DNA of 64,000 nt from NCBI GenBank assembly GCA_963775035.1, contig CAVZHG010000014.1, positions 2,850 through 66,849 on the forward strand, given 5' to 3'. This document shows, one piece after another, positions 10,719-21,063 of the stretch (within the stretch, counting starts at the first letter, position 1; every line of letters starts with the position of its first letter). The stretch is from an uncultured Alphaproteobacteria bacterium (lineage in GTDB: Bacteria; Pseudomonadota; Alphaproteobacteria; Rhizobiales; Hyphomicrobiaceae). Both the position numbers and the translations under genes were made by a program. Under the pieces are notes generated by a model. It searched no databases and was not told where the DNA came from. It worked only from the letters and a program-made list of their open reading frames with translations.

Positions 10719-11056
10719 CCTGCTTTTCTGATCTGAATCCGGTGCGTCGAGAGCAGCGACGGCACTCATCGGCGGCGCGGTCGAGCCGATCGCGTCATCG
10801 GCCAACACCGAATTCGACGACAGTGGCCGCGCGCCGGCGTGTTCCTCGGGCACTCCTGGCAGCGCGAAATCCACGGCATCGTGCCGCCCGACCTGCAGAT
10901 GATCTTTACCGATGCAACGACCGTCGGCAGCGGCTACGACGGCAGCTTGCGGGTACGGGCCTCGGCCGACCGGCCAGGGCCATTCCCGCATTGACTTTCG
11001 CCGACCCTGTGATTGTCTAACCCCCGTTTGGACGTGGCGAGCCAGGGTGCAGCACC

Positions 11057-12364
11057 ATGGGCGAGATGGACCGACTGGAGCCGATCGAGAAGGCCAGCCA
11101 GGATGAGCTTCTCGGCCTCCAGCTCCAACGGCTCAAAGCCACGCTCGCCGTCGCCTATGAACGCGTCCCCGACTATCGCGCGCGGTTCGACGCGGCCGGC
11201 GTCCACCCGACCGATTTGAAGACACGCGCCGACCTCGCGCGATTTCCCTTCACCACCAAGGAAGACCTGCGGCGAAACTATCCGTTCGGCATGTTCGCCG
11301 TGCCGATGGACGAGATCGTGCGCGTTCACGCTTCGAGCGGCACGACCGGCAAACCGACCGTCGTCGGCTACACGCAGGGCGATATCGACACCTGGGCGCA
11401 CCTGATGGCGCGCTCCATTCGCGCCGCCGGCGGCAAATCGAGCGACCGCATTCATGTCGCCTACGGCTACGGGCTTTTCACCGGCGGACTCGGCTTTCAC
11501 TACGGCGCTGAACGGCTCGGCTGCACCGTCATTCCGGTCGGCGGCGGCTTCACCGAGCGACAGGTGCAGCTCATCACCGACTTCAAGCCCGACATCATCG
11601 GCGTGACGCCCTCCTACCTGCTCGCCATCGCCGACGAGTTCGACCGCCGCGGCATCGACGCGCGCGCCTCGAGCCTGCGTATCGCCATCTGCGGCGCGGA
11701 GCCGTGGAGCGAGGGGATGCGCACCGAGATCGAAGCCCGCCTCGGCGTGCAGGCGTTCGACGTCTACGGCCTCTCCGAGGTGATGGGGCCGGGCGTCGGA
11801 CAGGAATGCGCGGAGACCAAGGACGGGCTGACGATCTGGGAGGATCACTTCCTGCCCGAGATCATCGATCCGGTAACGGGCGCGGTGCTTCCCGACGGCG
11901 AGGAAGGCGAACTCGTTTTCACGTCGCTGACCAAGCAGGCGATGCCGGTCATCCGCTATCGCACGCGAGACCTGACGCGATTGCTGCCCGGTACCGCCCG
12001 CACGATGCGCCGCATCGCGCGCATCAAGGGTCGCAGCGACGACATGCTCATCATCCGCGGCGTCAATGTGTTTCCCTCGCAGATCGAGGCCGTGCTGACG
12101 GCGGCGCCGGAACTGGCGCCGCACTACGTGCTCGAAGTGACGCGACCCGATCGTCTGGATGAACTCGATGTCGTCGTCGAGGCGCGGCCCGAGACATCCG
12201 GCGCACTGACTCCGGACGACCGCGCCAAGCTGGAGCGTCACGCCGAGCACCTGATCAAGGCCCATATCGGCGTCACGACCACAGTCCGCGTCGTCCCCTC
12301 CGGCGCGCTCGAACGGTCGCAGGGCAAAGCCATCCGCGTCGTCGACAAGCGCCCGAAAGGTTAG
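11057..12364 (+). CDS. paaK: Phenylacetate-CoA ligase
   Basis: HASSGTTGKPTVVGYT, YGYGLFTGGLG, DVYGLSEVMGPGV, GRSDDMLIIRGVNVFPSQIE. Confidence 0.95.
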   Translation: MGEMDRLEPIEKASQDELLGLQLQRLKATLAVAYERVPDYRARFDAAGVHPTDLKTRADLARFPFTTKEDLRRNYPFGMFAVPMDEIVRVHASSGTTGKPTVVGYTQGDIDTWAHLMARSIRAAGGKSSDRIHVAYGYGLFTGGLGFHYGAERLGCTVIPVGGGFTERQVQLITDFKPDIIGVTPSYLLAIADEFDRRGIDARASSLRIAICGAEPWSEGMRTEIEARLGVQAFDVYGLSEVMGPGVGQECAETKDGLTIWEDHFLPEIIDPVTGAVLPDGEEGELVFTSLTKQAMPVIRYRTRDLTRLLPGTARTMRRIARIKGRSDDMLIIRGVNVFPSQIEAVLTAAPELAPHYVLEVTRPDRLDELDVVVEARPETSGALTPDDRAKLERHAEHLIKAHIGVTTTVRVVPSGALERSQGKAIRVVDKRPKG

Positions 12365-12369
12365 CGTTC

Positions 12370-13769
12370 GTGAAGCCAACCGATACGACCTCCTTGACGG
12401 CGGCCGAGCTTCCCCCCGCGGCCGTGAGCGAATGGTCGGCCGCCGAACCGAAGGGCACCGGCGAGCGCGAGGAGGATGCCGTCCGCTATGCCGCGTTCTG
12501 GGCGCGGTCGCGGCAGCTCGTCACGAGCCTCCCGGTCAAACCGAAGCGGAGTGCGGCCGAACGCGCTGCCGCCGAAACTGTCCTTACGGCCGCCCGCGCA
12601 TCACGCGACCGCTTCCTCGCCGCGCACTGCGCGTGGATCTACGATCGCCTGACAAAGGGGCGAACCGCATTCGTGCGCGTCGAGGATCTCGTCTACGACG
12701 CCGCCGCCGCGTTCCCGGGCCTCGTGCCGACGCGAGAGGAGGTGGCGGCGGAAGCAGCTCTCGACCAGCGCGACAAGGACGGCATCGAGATCGACCAGGG
12801 GTTGTTCATCGCCCACGTTCTGGCCGGCGAGCAGGCCGGCCGGCACCTCTGCCACGCGATGCTACTGCCGCGAAACGACAGCGCCGAGCACGCCGCGAAG
12901 TTCGCGACTGACGGCGTCCTCGATCTCGGCTCGGCTCGACTGCATCGCGATGGGCGCGCAGTCCACCTTACCGCGGCGAACGCGCGCTTCCTCAATGCCG
13001 AGGACGACACGACACTCGACGAGATGGAAATCGCCGTCGATGTCGCAATGCTCGATTCCGCGAGCAGCATCGTCGTCCTGCGCGGCGGCACGGTCGACCA
13101 TCCGAAGTACCAGGGTCGGCGCATGTTCGGCGCCGGCATCAACCTCACGCACCTCTATCGCGGCAAGATTCCTTATCCTCTGGTTCCCGCGCCGCGACCT
13201 CGGCTACGTCCACAAGATCTTCCGCGGCGTCGCGACGCCCGACCTGCTTCCCGACGACGTCAACGGCCGCGGCATCGAGAAGCTCTGGGTCGCGGCGGTC
13301 GACACGTTCGCCATCGGCGGCCACTGCCAGCTCCTGCTGTGCATGGACTACGTGGTCGCTGGCGCCGACGCCTTCATGACGCTGCCGGCACGCAAGGAGG
13401 GGATCATCCCCGGCCTCGCCAACCTGCGCCTGCCGCGCTTCGTCGGCGACCGGATCGCCCGCCAGGCGATCCAATATGGCCGCCGCCTCGCGTGCGACAG
13501 CCCGGAGGGACGGATGATCTGCGACGAGATCGTCGCCGCGACGGACATGGACACGGCGATCTGCCGAGGTCGTCGGCTGGGCTCACGAGTTCCGGCGCGG
13601 TCGGCGCCATCGGCAACCGCCGCGCCTTCCGGGTCGGCGCAGAGCCGCTGGACGTATTCCGGCAGGTATTTCTCGGTCTATGCCCGCGAGCAGGCGCTAC
13701 TGCCACTTCAGCCCGGCGCTGATCGCCAATCTCGAGCAGCATTGGAATGCCGCCGAGCGCGCGCTATAG
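12370..13769 (+). CDS. DpgC-like crotonase-fold arylacetyl-CoA dioxygenase homolog (frameshifted)
   Basis: LRGGTVDHPKYQGRRMFGAGINL, EKLWVAAVDTFAIGGHCQLLL, LPARKEGIIPGLANLRLPRFVG and KDGIEIDQGLF...GRHLCHAMLLP recall actinobacterial DpgC. Confidence 0.75.
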
Positions 13770-13838
13770 AGAGTGCGCCAAAACCCCATCGGCCATGGAT
13801 CGATCCAGCCGGGGCGCGGCGCCGGGAGAACACGACAT

Positions 13839-16145
13839 ATGAACAAGATCAGCCACGGCTCGCACTGGGGCGCCTTCAACGCGATCGTCGAAAACGGCCG
13901 GCTGGTCGGCGTCGAGCCAACCGAGCGCGACACCAACCCATCGCCGATCCTGCGCGGGATGCCGGAGGCGATCTATCACGGCTCCCGCGTCGCCCGGCCC
14001 GCGGTCCGCAAGAGCTGGCTCGCCAAGGGATTCAAGACCGGCGGCGAAGGACGCGGCACCGAGCCGTTCGTCGAAGTGCCGTGGGACGAGGCGCTCGACA
14101 TCGTCGCGTCGGAATTGAAGCGAGTCAAAGCCGCGTACGGCAACGAGGCGATCTTCGCTGGCTCCTACGGCTGGTCCAGCGCCGGCCGCTTCCATCACGC
14201 CAAGACCCAACTCCAGCGTTTCATGGGCGGCTTCGGCGGCTTCACCAGCCAGAAGCACAGCTACTCGCTCGCGGCCGGCCTCGCGATCCTGCCACACATC
14301 CTCGGCGACCATCAGACGCTCAGGAACCCGTCGTCGTGGGCGGGCATCGAGCAGAACACGAAGCTGTTCCTCGCCTTCGGCGGCTGCGGCACCAAGAACG
14401 CGCAGGTCGAGCCCGGCGGCTCCGGCGAGCATACCGCGGGTCCGTGGATGCAGCGGCTGGCCGACGCCGGCGTTGAATTCATCTCCATCACGCCGGTGCG
14501 CGACGACACGCCGGCGCTTTCGAACGTGACGTGGCTGCCGATCCGCCCGAACACCGACGTCGCGATGATGCTGGCGCTGGCGCACACGATCGTCAGCGAA
14601 GGCCTGCACGCGAAGGACTTCCTCGCCGAGTACACCGTCGGCTTCTCGCGCTTCGAGCGCTACCTCCTCGGCACGGACGACGGCGCGCCAAAGTCCGCCG
14701 AATGGGCCGCCGACATCACCGGCATCGACGCCGACTACACCCGCGCGCTCGCCCGCCGCATGGCCGCGACCCGCACCATGATCGCGACCAGCTATTCGCT
14801 CCAGCGCGGCGACCACGGCGAGCAGACATTCTGGATGACGGCGGTGCTCGGCGCCATCGTCGGACAGGTCGGTCTGCCCGGCGGCGGCTTCGGTTTCGGC
14901 TACGGCTCGATGCACGGCCAGGGCAATCCGGTGACGGTTTACTCCGCGCCCGCGCTTTCGGCCGGCCCTAATCCGACCGGCAGCTTCATCCCCGTCGCGC
15001 GCATCTCGGACATGCTGCTCAACCCGGGACAACCCTATCAGTTCGACGGCGAGGACCGCGTCTATCCCGAAACGCGCATGATCTACTGGTGCGGCGGCAA
15101 TCCGTTCCACCACCACCAGGACCTCAACCGCCTGATCGAAGCCTGGCGGCGCCCCGAGACGATCATCGTCAACGAACCCTGGTGGACGGCGACCGCGCGC
15201 TACGCCGACATCGTCCTTCCGGCAACGACGACACTCGAGCGCAACGACATCGGCGCAAGCTCGCGCGACCGCTTCATCATCGCCATGAAGAAGGCGATCG
15301 ATCCGGTCGGCGGCGCGCGCAACGACTACGACATCTTCCGCACGCTCGCGCGCGGTCTCGGCTTCGAGGCCGCCTTCACCGAGGGCCGCGAGGAGATGGA
15401 CTGGCTGCGCCACATCTACGAGGTGTCGCGCCAGGATGCGTCGCGCGTCGGCGTGGAGCTCCCGGGCTTCGACGGTTTCTGGGCGCAAGGCTTCGCGGAG
15501 AGCCCGGTCCCGAAGACGGCGCATACCGTGCTGTCGAAATTCCGCGCCGATCCCGCGACCAACCCGCTCAAGACGCCGTCGGGCAAAATCGAGATCTTCT
15601 GCGACGAGATCGCGGGCTTCGGCTACGACGACTGCCCCGGCCATCCCGTGTGGTTGGAGCCGCTCGAATGGCTCGGCTCGCAGAAGGCCGCGACCTATCC
15701 GTTGCACATGATCTCGAACCAGCCGGCCGGCAAGCTGCATTCGCAGATGGATTTCGCGGGCGAAAGCGCCGGCCTCAAGATCAACGGCCGCGAGCCGGTG
15801 CTCCTCCATCCCGACGACGCCGCGAGCCGCAGCATCCGCGCGAACGATGTCGTCCGCGTCTTCAACGACCGCGGCGCGACGCTTGCCGCAGCCGTCATCA
15901 CCGACGGCGTCCGCCCGGGCGTCATCCGCCTTTCGACCGGCGCCTGGTACGATCCGCGAGAACCGGGCAGCCTCGGCACGCTCGACAAGCACGGCAATCC
16001 GAACATGCTGACGCCGGACAAGGGGACGTCGAAGCTCGGCCAGGGCCCGATCGCGCACACCGCGCTGGTCGAGGTCGAGCGGTTCGACGGCGATCCCGGC
16101 GAGGTCACCGCGTTCGATCCGCCGAAACTGGAGCGGCGCGGGTAG
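13839..16145 (+). CDS. Molybdopterin (bis-MGD) oxidoreductase, biotin sulfoxide/TMAO/DMSO reductase clade; no Tat signal seen
   Basis: SHWGAF, GSYGWSSAGRFH, GGNPFHHHQD, ADIVLPATT, LHSQ, GNPNMLT. Confidence 0.85.
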   Translation: MNKISHGSHWGAFNAIVENGRLVGVEPTERDTNPSPILRGMPEAIYHGSRVARPAVRKSWLAKGFKTGGEGRGTEPFVEVPWDEALDIVASELKRVKAAYGNEAIFAGSYGWSSAGRFHHAKTQLQRFMGGFGGFTSQKHSYSLAAGLAILPHILGDHQTLRNPSSWAGIEQNTKLFLAFGGCGTKNAQVEPGGSGEHTAGPWMQRLADAGVEFISITPVRDDTPALSNVTWLPIRPNTDVAMMLALAHTIVSEGLHAKDFLAEYTVGFSRFERYLLGTDDGAPKSAEWAADITGIDADYTRALARRMAATRTMIATSYSLQRGDHGEQTFWMTAVLGAIVGQVGLPGGGFGFGYGSMHGQGNPVTVYSAPALSAGPNPTGSFIPVARISDMLLNPGQPYQFDGEDRVYPETRMIYWCGGNPFHHHQDLNRLIEAWRRPETIIVNEPWWTATARYADIVLPATTTLERNDIGASSRDRFIIAMKKAIDPVGGARNDYDIFRTLARGLGFEAAFTEGREEMDWLRHIYEVSRQDASRVGVELPGFDGFWAQGFAESPVPKTAHTVLSKFRADPATNPLKTPSGKIEIFCDEIAGFGYDDCPGHPVWLEPLEWLGSQKAATYPLHMISNQPAGKLHSQMDFAGESAGLKINGREPVLLHPDDAASRSIRANDVVRVFNDRGATLAAAVITDGVRPGVIRLSTGAWYDPREPGSLGTLDKHGNPNMLTPDKGTSKLGQGPIAHTALVEVERFDGDPGEVTAFDPPKLERRG

Positions 16146-16174
16146 GACCGCGCGAGCGGTCAACGATCAGCCGG

Positions 16175-16606
16175 CTATTTCACCCACAGCGGCTTGTCGT
16201 TGACCGTCGAAACGTGCGCGGCGACGACCTTCCAGCCGCCGTTGACGCCGTCCGAAGCGGGAAAACGCACGAAGGTCTGGCTCTGCCGGCCGATCAGATC
16301 ATGGCCGCGCACCTTGAACTCCAGGTTCACGGTGGCGAGGTCGCGGCCGAGCGTCAGGATCTCGAGCCGGATGCGCCGCTCCTTGATGCCCGGCCCCGGC
16401 GGCCGCGCGACGCGATGGGCGTGGATTTCGTCGAAACCGTAGCCGTTCTCGTGCAGCGAATAGCGGATGGTGTGGGGGCTGCGCCAGAACGTGGCATCGA
16501 GGACATCGACGTCCTTGTCGATCAGCGCCTGCTCGTAGCGCTCGAAAATCTGGCGCAGTTCTTCGACGACCTCGGGGATGTTCGGCGTCAGATCGTGCGT
16601 GCTCAT
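16175..16606 (-). CDS. AtzH/HpxZ-like (DUF3225) protein
   Basis: FERYEQAL...FW...TIRY...GFDEIHAHR...GRQSQTFVRF...GWKVVAAHVS. Confidence 0.75.
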   Translation of the reverse strand: MSTHDLTPNIPEVVEELRQIFERYEQALIDKDVDVLDATFWRSPHTIRYSLHENGYGFDEIHAHRVARPPGPGIKERRIRLEILTLGRDLATVNLEFKVRGHDLIGRQSQTFVRFPASDGVNGGWKVVAAHVSTVNDKPLWVK

Positions 16607-17517
16607 GCGATCTCCCGTGCCGCGTCGGCGATTTCCCTGGCCTCCGGCGAGAACACCCAATCGGCCATCACCTGGCAACGGCGCATCAGGCGCGGCTCGT
16701 CCGGCCGATAGTCGGCAAGCGCATTGTGCATCGTCCAGATATTGTCCCAGGCGAGTACGTCACCCTCGGTCCATTCATGGCGATACTTGTATTTGTCCTG
16801 CCGCTGGTGCTGGAAGATAAATTTCAAGATCTCATCGCTCTCGTGCGCACTCATCCCGTCGATCTGCGTGACATAACCGACATTGCAATAGAGGATCTTG
16901 CGGCCTGAAATCGGATGCACCAATGCGATCGGATGCGAGACCGGCGGCTTGGCGCGCCGCTGCTCCGGCGTTAGCGGTTTGCGCGTCGAACCCGGCCGCT
17001 TCAACATCTCCTGCCAGAATTTGTCGAAGTCGTGCGTCGCGGTTCGCCCTTCGATCCGCGTCTTCAACTCCCCCGGAAGATCGTCATAGGCGGCACACAT
17101 ATCGAGGAACTCGGTGGAGCCGAGCGCCATGCCGTTGCGCCTCGGTACTTTGATGGCGTGGAGAACGTTGAGGAAGGCGATCGTCGCCGAGTAGCTCATA
17201 TCCGTATGCCAGTCCTGGCCGGCGTCGGCGAGGCCGATCGGTTTCCCGTTCTCCAAGAGGTTCGAAAGGATCATGACCTCCGGGTGGTCCGATACCGTGT
17301 AGCTACCGGCGGCGACATTGATCTCGAGTGAGCCGAACTTCCGGGCGAAGTCCTTCTGTTGCGCGGGGGCCAGCGACTGGCGCGGAAAGCAGAGGACGGC
17401 GTATTGGCCAAAGGCGCGCAGCAAAGTGCCCCGATCGGCCGGCGACAGCGGTTTGGACAGGTCGAGACCTTCGATCCGGGCCCCGAGCGTGGCCCCTAAC
17501 GGCGCAATGGTGATCAT
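16603..17517 (-). CDS. TauD/TfdA-family Fe(II)/2-oxoglutarate dioxygenase
   Basis: WHTDMSY (HxD), WDNIWTMH, R-x-M-x-R. Confidence 0.9.
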   Translation of the reverse strand: MITIAPLGATLGARIEGLDLSKPLSPADRGTLLRAFGQYAVLCFPRQSLAPAQQKDFARKFGSLEINVAAGSYTVSDHPEVMILSNLLENGKPIGLADAGQDWHTDMSYSATIAFLNVLHAIKVPRRNGMALGSTEFLDMCAAYDDLPGELKTRIEGRTATHDFDKFWQEMLKRPGSTRKPLTPEQRRAKPPVSHPIALVHPISGRKILYCNVGYVTQIDGMSAHESDEILKFIFQHQRQDKYKYRHEWTEGDVLAWDNIWTMHNALADYRPDEPRLMRRCQVMADWVFSPEAREIADAAREIA

Positions 17518-17691
17518 GAGAACTCCATCCGCATAAGAATAATGCCTGTGGATGTTGGCACAATCGGCATCGCGGTATCAATCGGGGAGTGCGGTGGCGG
17601 GAGCCCGCCGGCCCATCCACCACTTGCCTGCCGCGCGAGCGTGCCGCAAGCTCGTCCCGGACGGGGCTTCAAACCTGTGAGAGACACCGCC

Positions 17692-19155
17692 ATGACCACC
17701 TATGACCTCGTGATCCGCGGCGGCACGGTCGGCACGGCCGACGGCACGTTCAAGGCCGATGTCGCGATCAAGGGCGAAGCGATCGCGGCGATTGGCATGG
17801 ACCTCGCTGCGGGCTCCCGCGAGGTCGATGCGACGGGCAAGCTCGTGCTGCCCGGCGGCATCGATGCGCACGCCCACATCGAGCAGCTCTCCGGCATGGG
17901 CGTGATGAACGCCGACACGTTCGCGAGCGGCACGGCGGCGGCGGCCCTCGGCGGCACGACGACGGTGATCCCCTTCGCTCCGCAGCATCAGGGCAAGAGC
18001 CTCGCCAAGGTCGTCGAGGACTATCATGTCCTGGCAAAGCGCGGGTCCGTGATCGACTACGCCTTGCATATGATCATCGCCGATCCCACGGAGAAAGCGC
18101 TCACCGAGGAACTCCCCGCGCTGATCAAATCGGGGCACGGGTCGATCAAGGTGTTCATGACCTACGAGAAGACCAAGGTCGACGACGAGCAACTGCTCGA
18201 TGTGCTGCTGGCGGCACGCGCGCACAAGGCGCTCGTGTGCGTCCACGCCGAGAACAACGGCATGATCAGCTGGATGGGGCGCCGGCTGGTCGCGAAAGGC
18301 TACACCGCGCCCAAGTATCACACGGTCTACCATCCGCGCGGGAGCGAAGCCGAAGCGTTTCACCGCCTCATCGCCTGCGCCGAGCTGATCGATCAGCCGA
18401 TCATCATCTATCACGTGTCGACGGCCGAGGGCGCCGCCGTCATTCGCGAAGCGCGCGGGCGCGGGTTGAAAGTGTTCGGGGAAACGTGCACGCAGTACCT
18501 GCTGCTGACGCGCGACGATCTCGACAAGCCCGGCGTCGACGGCGCGAAATGGGTGTGCAGTCCGCCGCTGCGCACCGAGCGCGACCAGGAGGCGCTGTGG
18601 CGCGCCCTCGACCTCGGCGACCTCCAGCTCGTCTCGTCGGATCACGCGCCCTATACGCTGGACGACAAGGGCAAGTTCCTGCGCGGCCCAAATCCGCCGT
18701 TCAACCAGATCGCCAACGGAATGCCGGGGCTCGAACTCAGGTTGCCGCTGCTGTTCGACGCGATCGTCTCGAAGGGTCGCTATAGCATCGAGAAGTTCGT
18801 CGCGTGGACGGCGACCGAACCGGCGCGCATGTACGGGCTCGATGCAAAGAAGGGATCGCTGGCGATCGGCGCCGACGCCGACATCTGCGTCTGGGACCCC
18901 GCCCGCAAGACCGAAATTTCGGACGCCGGCGTGCATGACGCCTCCGGCTACACGCCGTACGCAGGGCGCACGATCACGGGCTGGCCGGTGGTGGTCACGC
19001 GGCGCGGCGCCGTCATCGTCGAGAACGGCAAGCTCAACGCGGCGCCGGGATCGGGCCGCTTTCTGCCGCGCAACGCCGGGCGGCCGGCGGAGCCGACGGG
19101 ACGGCTTTCTGCGGAATTCGACCCCAAGCGCAATTTCGGCGCCGATCTCTATTGA
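17692..19155 (+). CDS. hydA: Dihydropyrimidinase / D-hydantoinase
   Basis: PGGIDAHAH, SIKVFMTY, VHAEN, CSPPLR, SSDHAPY, GADADI. Confidence 0.85.
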   Translation: MTTYDLVIRGGTVGTADGTFKADVAIKGEAIAAIGMDLAAGSREVDATGKLVLPGGIDAHAHIEQLSGMGVMNADTFASGTAAAALGGTTTVIPFAPQHQGKSLAKVVEDYHVLAKRGSVIDYALHMIIADPTEKALTEELPALIKSGHGSIKVFMTYEKTKVDDEQLLDVLLAARAHKALVCVHAENNGMISWMGRRLVAKGYTAPKYHTVYHPRGSEAEAFHRLIACAELIDQPIIIYHVSTAEGAAVIREARGRGLKVFGETCTQYLLLTRDDLDKPGVDGAKWVCSPPLRTERDQEALWRALDLGDLQLVSSDHAPYTLDDKGKFLRGPNPPFNQIANGMPGLELRLPLLFDAIVSKGRYSIEKFVAWTATEPARMYGLDAKKGSLAIGADADICVWDPARKTEISDAGVHDASGYTPYAGRTITGWPVVVTRRGAVIVENGKLNAAPGSGRFLPRNAGRPAEPTGRLSAEFDPKRNFGADLY

Positions 19156-19201
19156 TCGGCACCACGCGCTGCCGATCCGTCACCCCGCCGCCGCAGGCGC
19201 G

Positions 19202-20494
19202 TCACCCCATGACCAGCTTCGGCAGGAGCAGCGCAATGCTCGGCCACGCGTAGAGCGCGGCGATCATGAGTAGCTGCAGACCGATAAAGGGCGTCGCACC
19301 GACAATGACGTCCCGGATCGGCTCCCCGGTTACGCCCTGCAGCACGTAGAGATTGAGGCCCACCGGCGGCGTCAGCAACCCGACCTCGATCAGAATACAA
19401 ACGATCACACCCATCCAGACGAGATCCATGTGGGCATTGGTCATGATCGGCACGATGAACGGGATCGTGATGACCATCATCGCGATACCGTCGACGAACA
19501 TTCCGAGCACCAGGTAGATCACGACGATTGCGAGAAAGATGTGCATCGGCGTCATCTCGGCCGCACCGACCCACGCCATGACTGTCGCCGGCACCTGGAA
19601 GTAGATCAGCGTCACCGACAGGATCTTTGCGGTGAAGATCACGAACAGGATCAAGCTCGTCTGGCGCACCGTCGCGAGCGCTGCACGCCACAGCACGCCG
19701 AGGGTGAAGGTCCGCGCCCCGATAGCAATCAGAATCGACAGGAACGCACCGAGTGCCGCGACCTCGGTGGGACTCGCGATGCCGCCATAGATGCCACCGA
19801 GCACGACGACGATGAGGATGCCCATCTGCCAGAGCCCGAGCAGCGCCTTGAAGCGCTCGCCTGGGCTGGCGCGGGCTTCGACAGGCGCGAGCGACGGATC
19901 CAGGATGCACCGAATGGCAATGTAGAGGGCATAGAGGAACGCCAGCACGAGGCCGGGAATGAGGCCTGCGAGGAACAGCCGGCCGATCGAGACCTCGGCC
20001 ATGCTGCCATAGACGATGAAGATGATGCTTGGCGGGATGAGAATGCCGAGCGTACCACCGGCTGCGATCGAGCCGAGCGCGATCGGCTTGCTGTAGTTGC
20101 GTTTCGCGATCTCGGGGAAGCCGACCGATCCGATCGTCGCGGCCGAGGCGACGCTCGAACCCGAGCACGCAGCAAATATCGTGCACGCCGCGATGTTGGC
20201 CTGGAGCAGCCCGCCTGGAAACCCGCTGACGACCGTCGCCGCGCGCAGGTAGATCGTGCTCATGATGCCGGACTGGAACAGGATCTCGCCCATGAAGATG
20301 AACATGGGGATAGCGACGAGGATGAAGCTCGTGTTCTGCTCCCACACGATCTTGCCGACGATATCGACGGCGCGCTCCCAGCCGAGCACCTGGGTCAGGC
20401 CGATGATGCCGGAGAGGCCGAGGCCGACGCCGACCCACACCCCCGCGGCGAGCAGCAGCAGCGTTGCCGCCAGCGTTATCGAGATCGCCGGCAT
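19202..20494 (-). CDS. dctM: TRAP transporter large permease
   Basis: AIPMFIFMG, GTLGILIPPS, GLLTPPVGLNL. Confidence 0.9.
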   Translation of the reverse strand: MPAISITLAATLLLLAAGVWVGVGLGLSGIIGLTQVLGWERAVDIVGKIVWEQNTSFILVAIPMFIFMGEILFQSGIMSTIYLRAATVVSGFPGGLLQANIAACTIFAACSGSSVASAATIGSVGFPEIAKRNYSKPIALGSIAAGGTLGILIPPSIIFIVYGSMAEVSIGRLFLAGLIPGLVLAFLYALYIAIRCILDPSLAPVEARASPGERFKALLGLWQMGILIVVVLGGIYGGIASPTEVAALGAFLSILIAIGARTFTLGVLWRAALATVRQTSLILFVIFTAKILSVTLIYFQVPATVMAWVGAAEMTPMHIFLAIVVIYLVLGMFVDGIAMMVITIPFIVPIMTNAHMDLVWMGVIVCILIEVGLLTPPVGLNLYVLQGVTGEPIRDVIVGATPFIGLQLLMIAALYAWPSIALLLPKLVMG

Positions 20495-20496
20495 CG

Positions 20497-21027
20497 TCAG
20501 GGGGTGTCCTTCGGCTGTGTCGGCAGCGCACTCGCGCCAAGGAGCGTCATCGTCGTAGCGATGAAGCCGACCACCATGGTCAGAACCAGCACGGCGGCAC
20601 CAATGACCACGGGGACCATCGGCAGCCAAAGCGGCGTCATGAGCGGCGACTCGCTGATGATTTCGCGATTGTAGAAATTGGCAAAACGCGTCCAGACGCC
20701 GAGCAGCAGCAGCACCGAGAAGACGATGCCGGCCCCATAGGCGAACACTTCCAAGGCGGCACGTACGCGTCCCGTCACCAGGCTGGTGAGCACATCGATA
20801 CGGATGTGCGCGTCCTGTCGGACGTTCGGTGCGAGCCCGAGGAAGACGATCGCGATCAGCAGATACGACGCGATCTCATCGGCCCAGAGCGTCGGACTGT
20901 TGAACGCGTAGCGCGCGATGACGTCGACCGTCGTCAGACCCATCATCGCCACGACGCAGACGACGCCCACGGCGGTGAGGCCGAAGGCGATCGCCGAGAG
21001 TGCGCGATCGGTGATGTGCATCATCAC
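20497..21027 (-). CDS. dctQ: TRAP transporter small permease
   Basis: DVIARY, HIRID, four hydrophobic segments. Confidence 0.85.
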   Translation of the reverse strand: MMMHITDRALSAIAFGLTAVGVVCVVAMMGLTTVDVIARYAFNSPTLWADEIASYLLIAIVFLGLAPNVRQDAHIRIDVLTSLVTGRVRAALEVFAYGAGIVFSVLLLLGVWTRFANFYNREIISESPLMTPLWLPMVPVVIGAAVLVLTMVVGFIATTMTLLGASALPTQPKDTP

Positions 21028-21063
21028 CGGATCGCCAGAGAGCCGACACGAACCGAGCCCATC

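Noticed and set aside
13764..16163. Long antisense ORFs (799 aa here; also 5076-6539, 10934-12379, 20464-22353, 46241-48187)
   Set aside because: Shadow frames of real genes, expected in high-GC DNA; no motifs.
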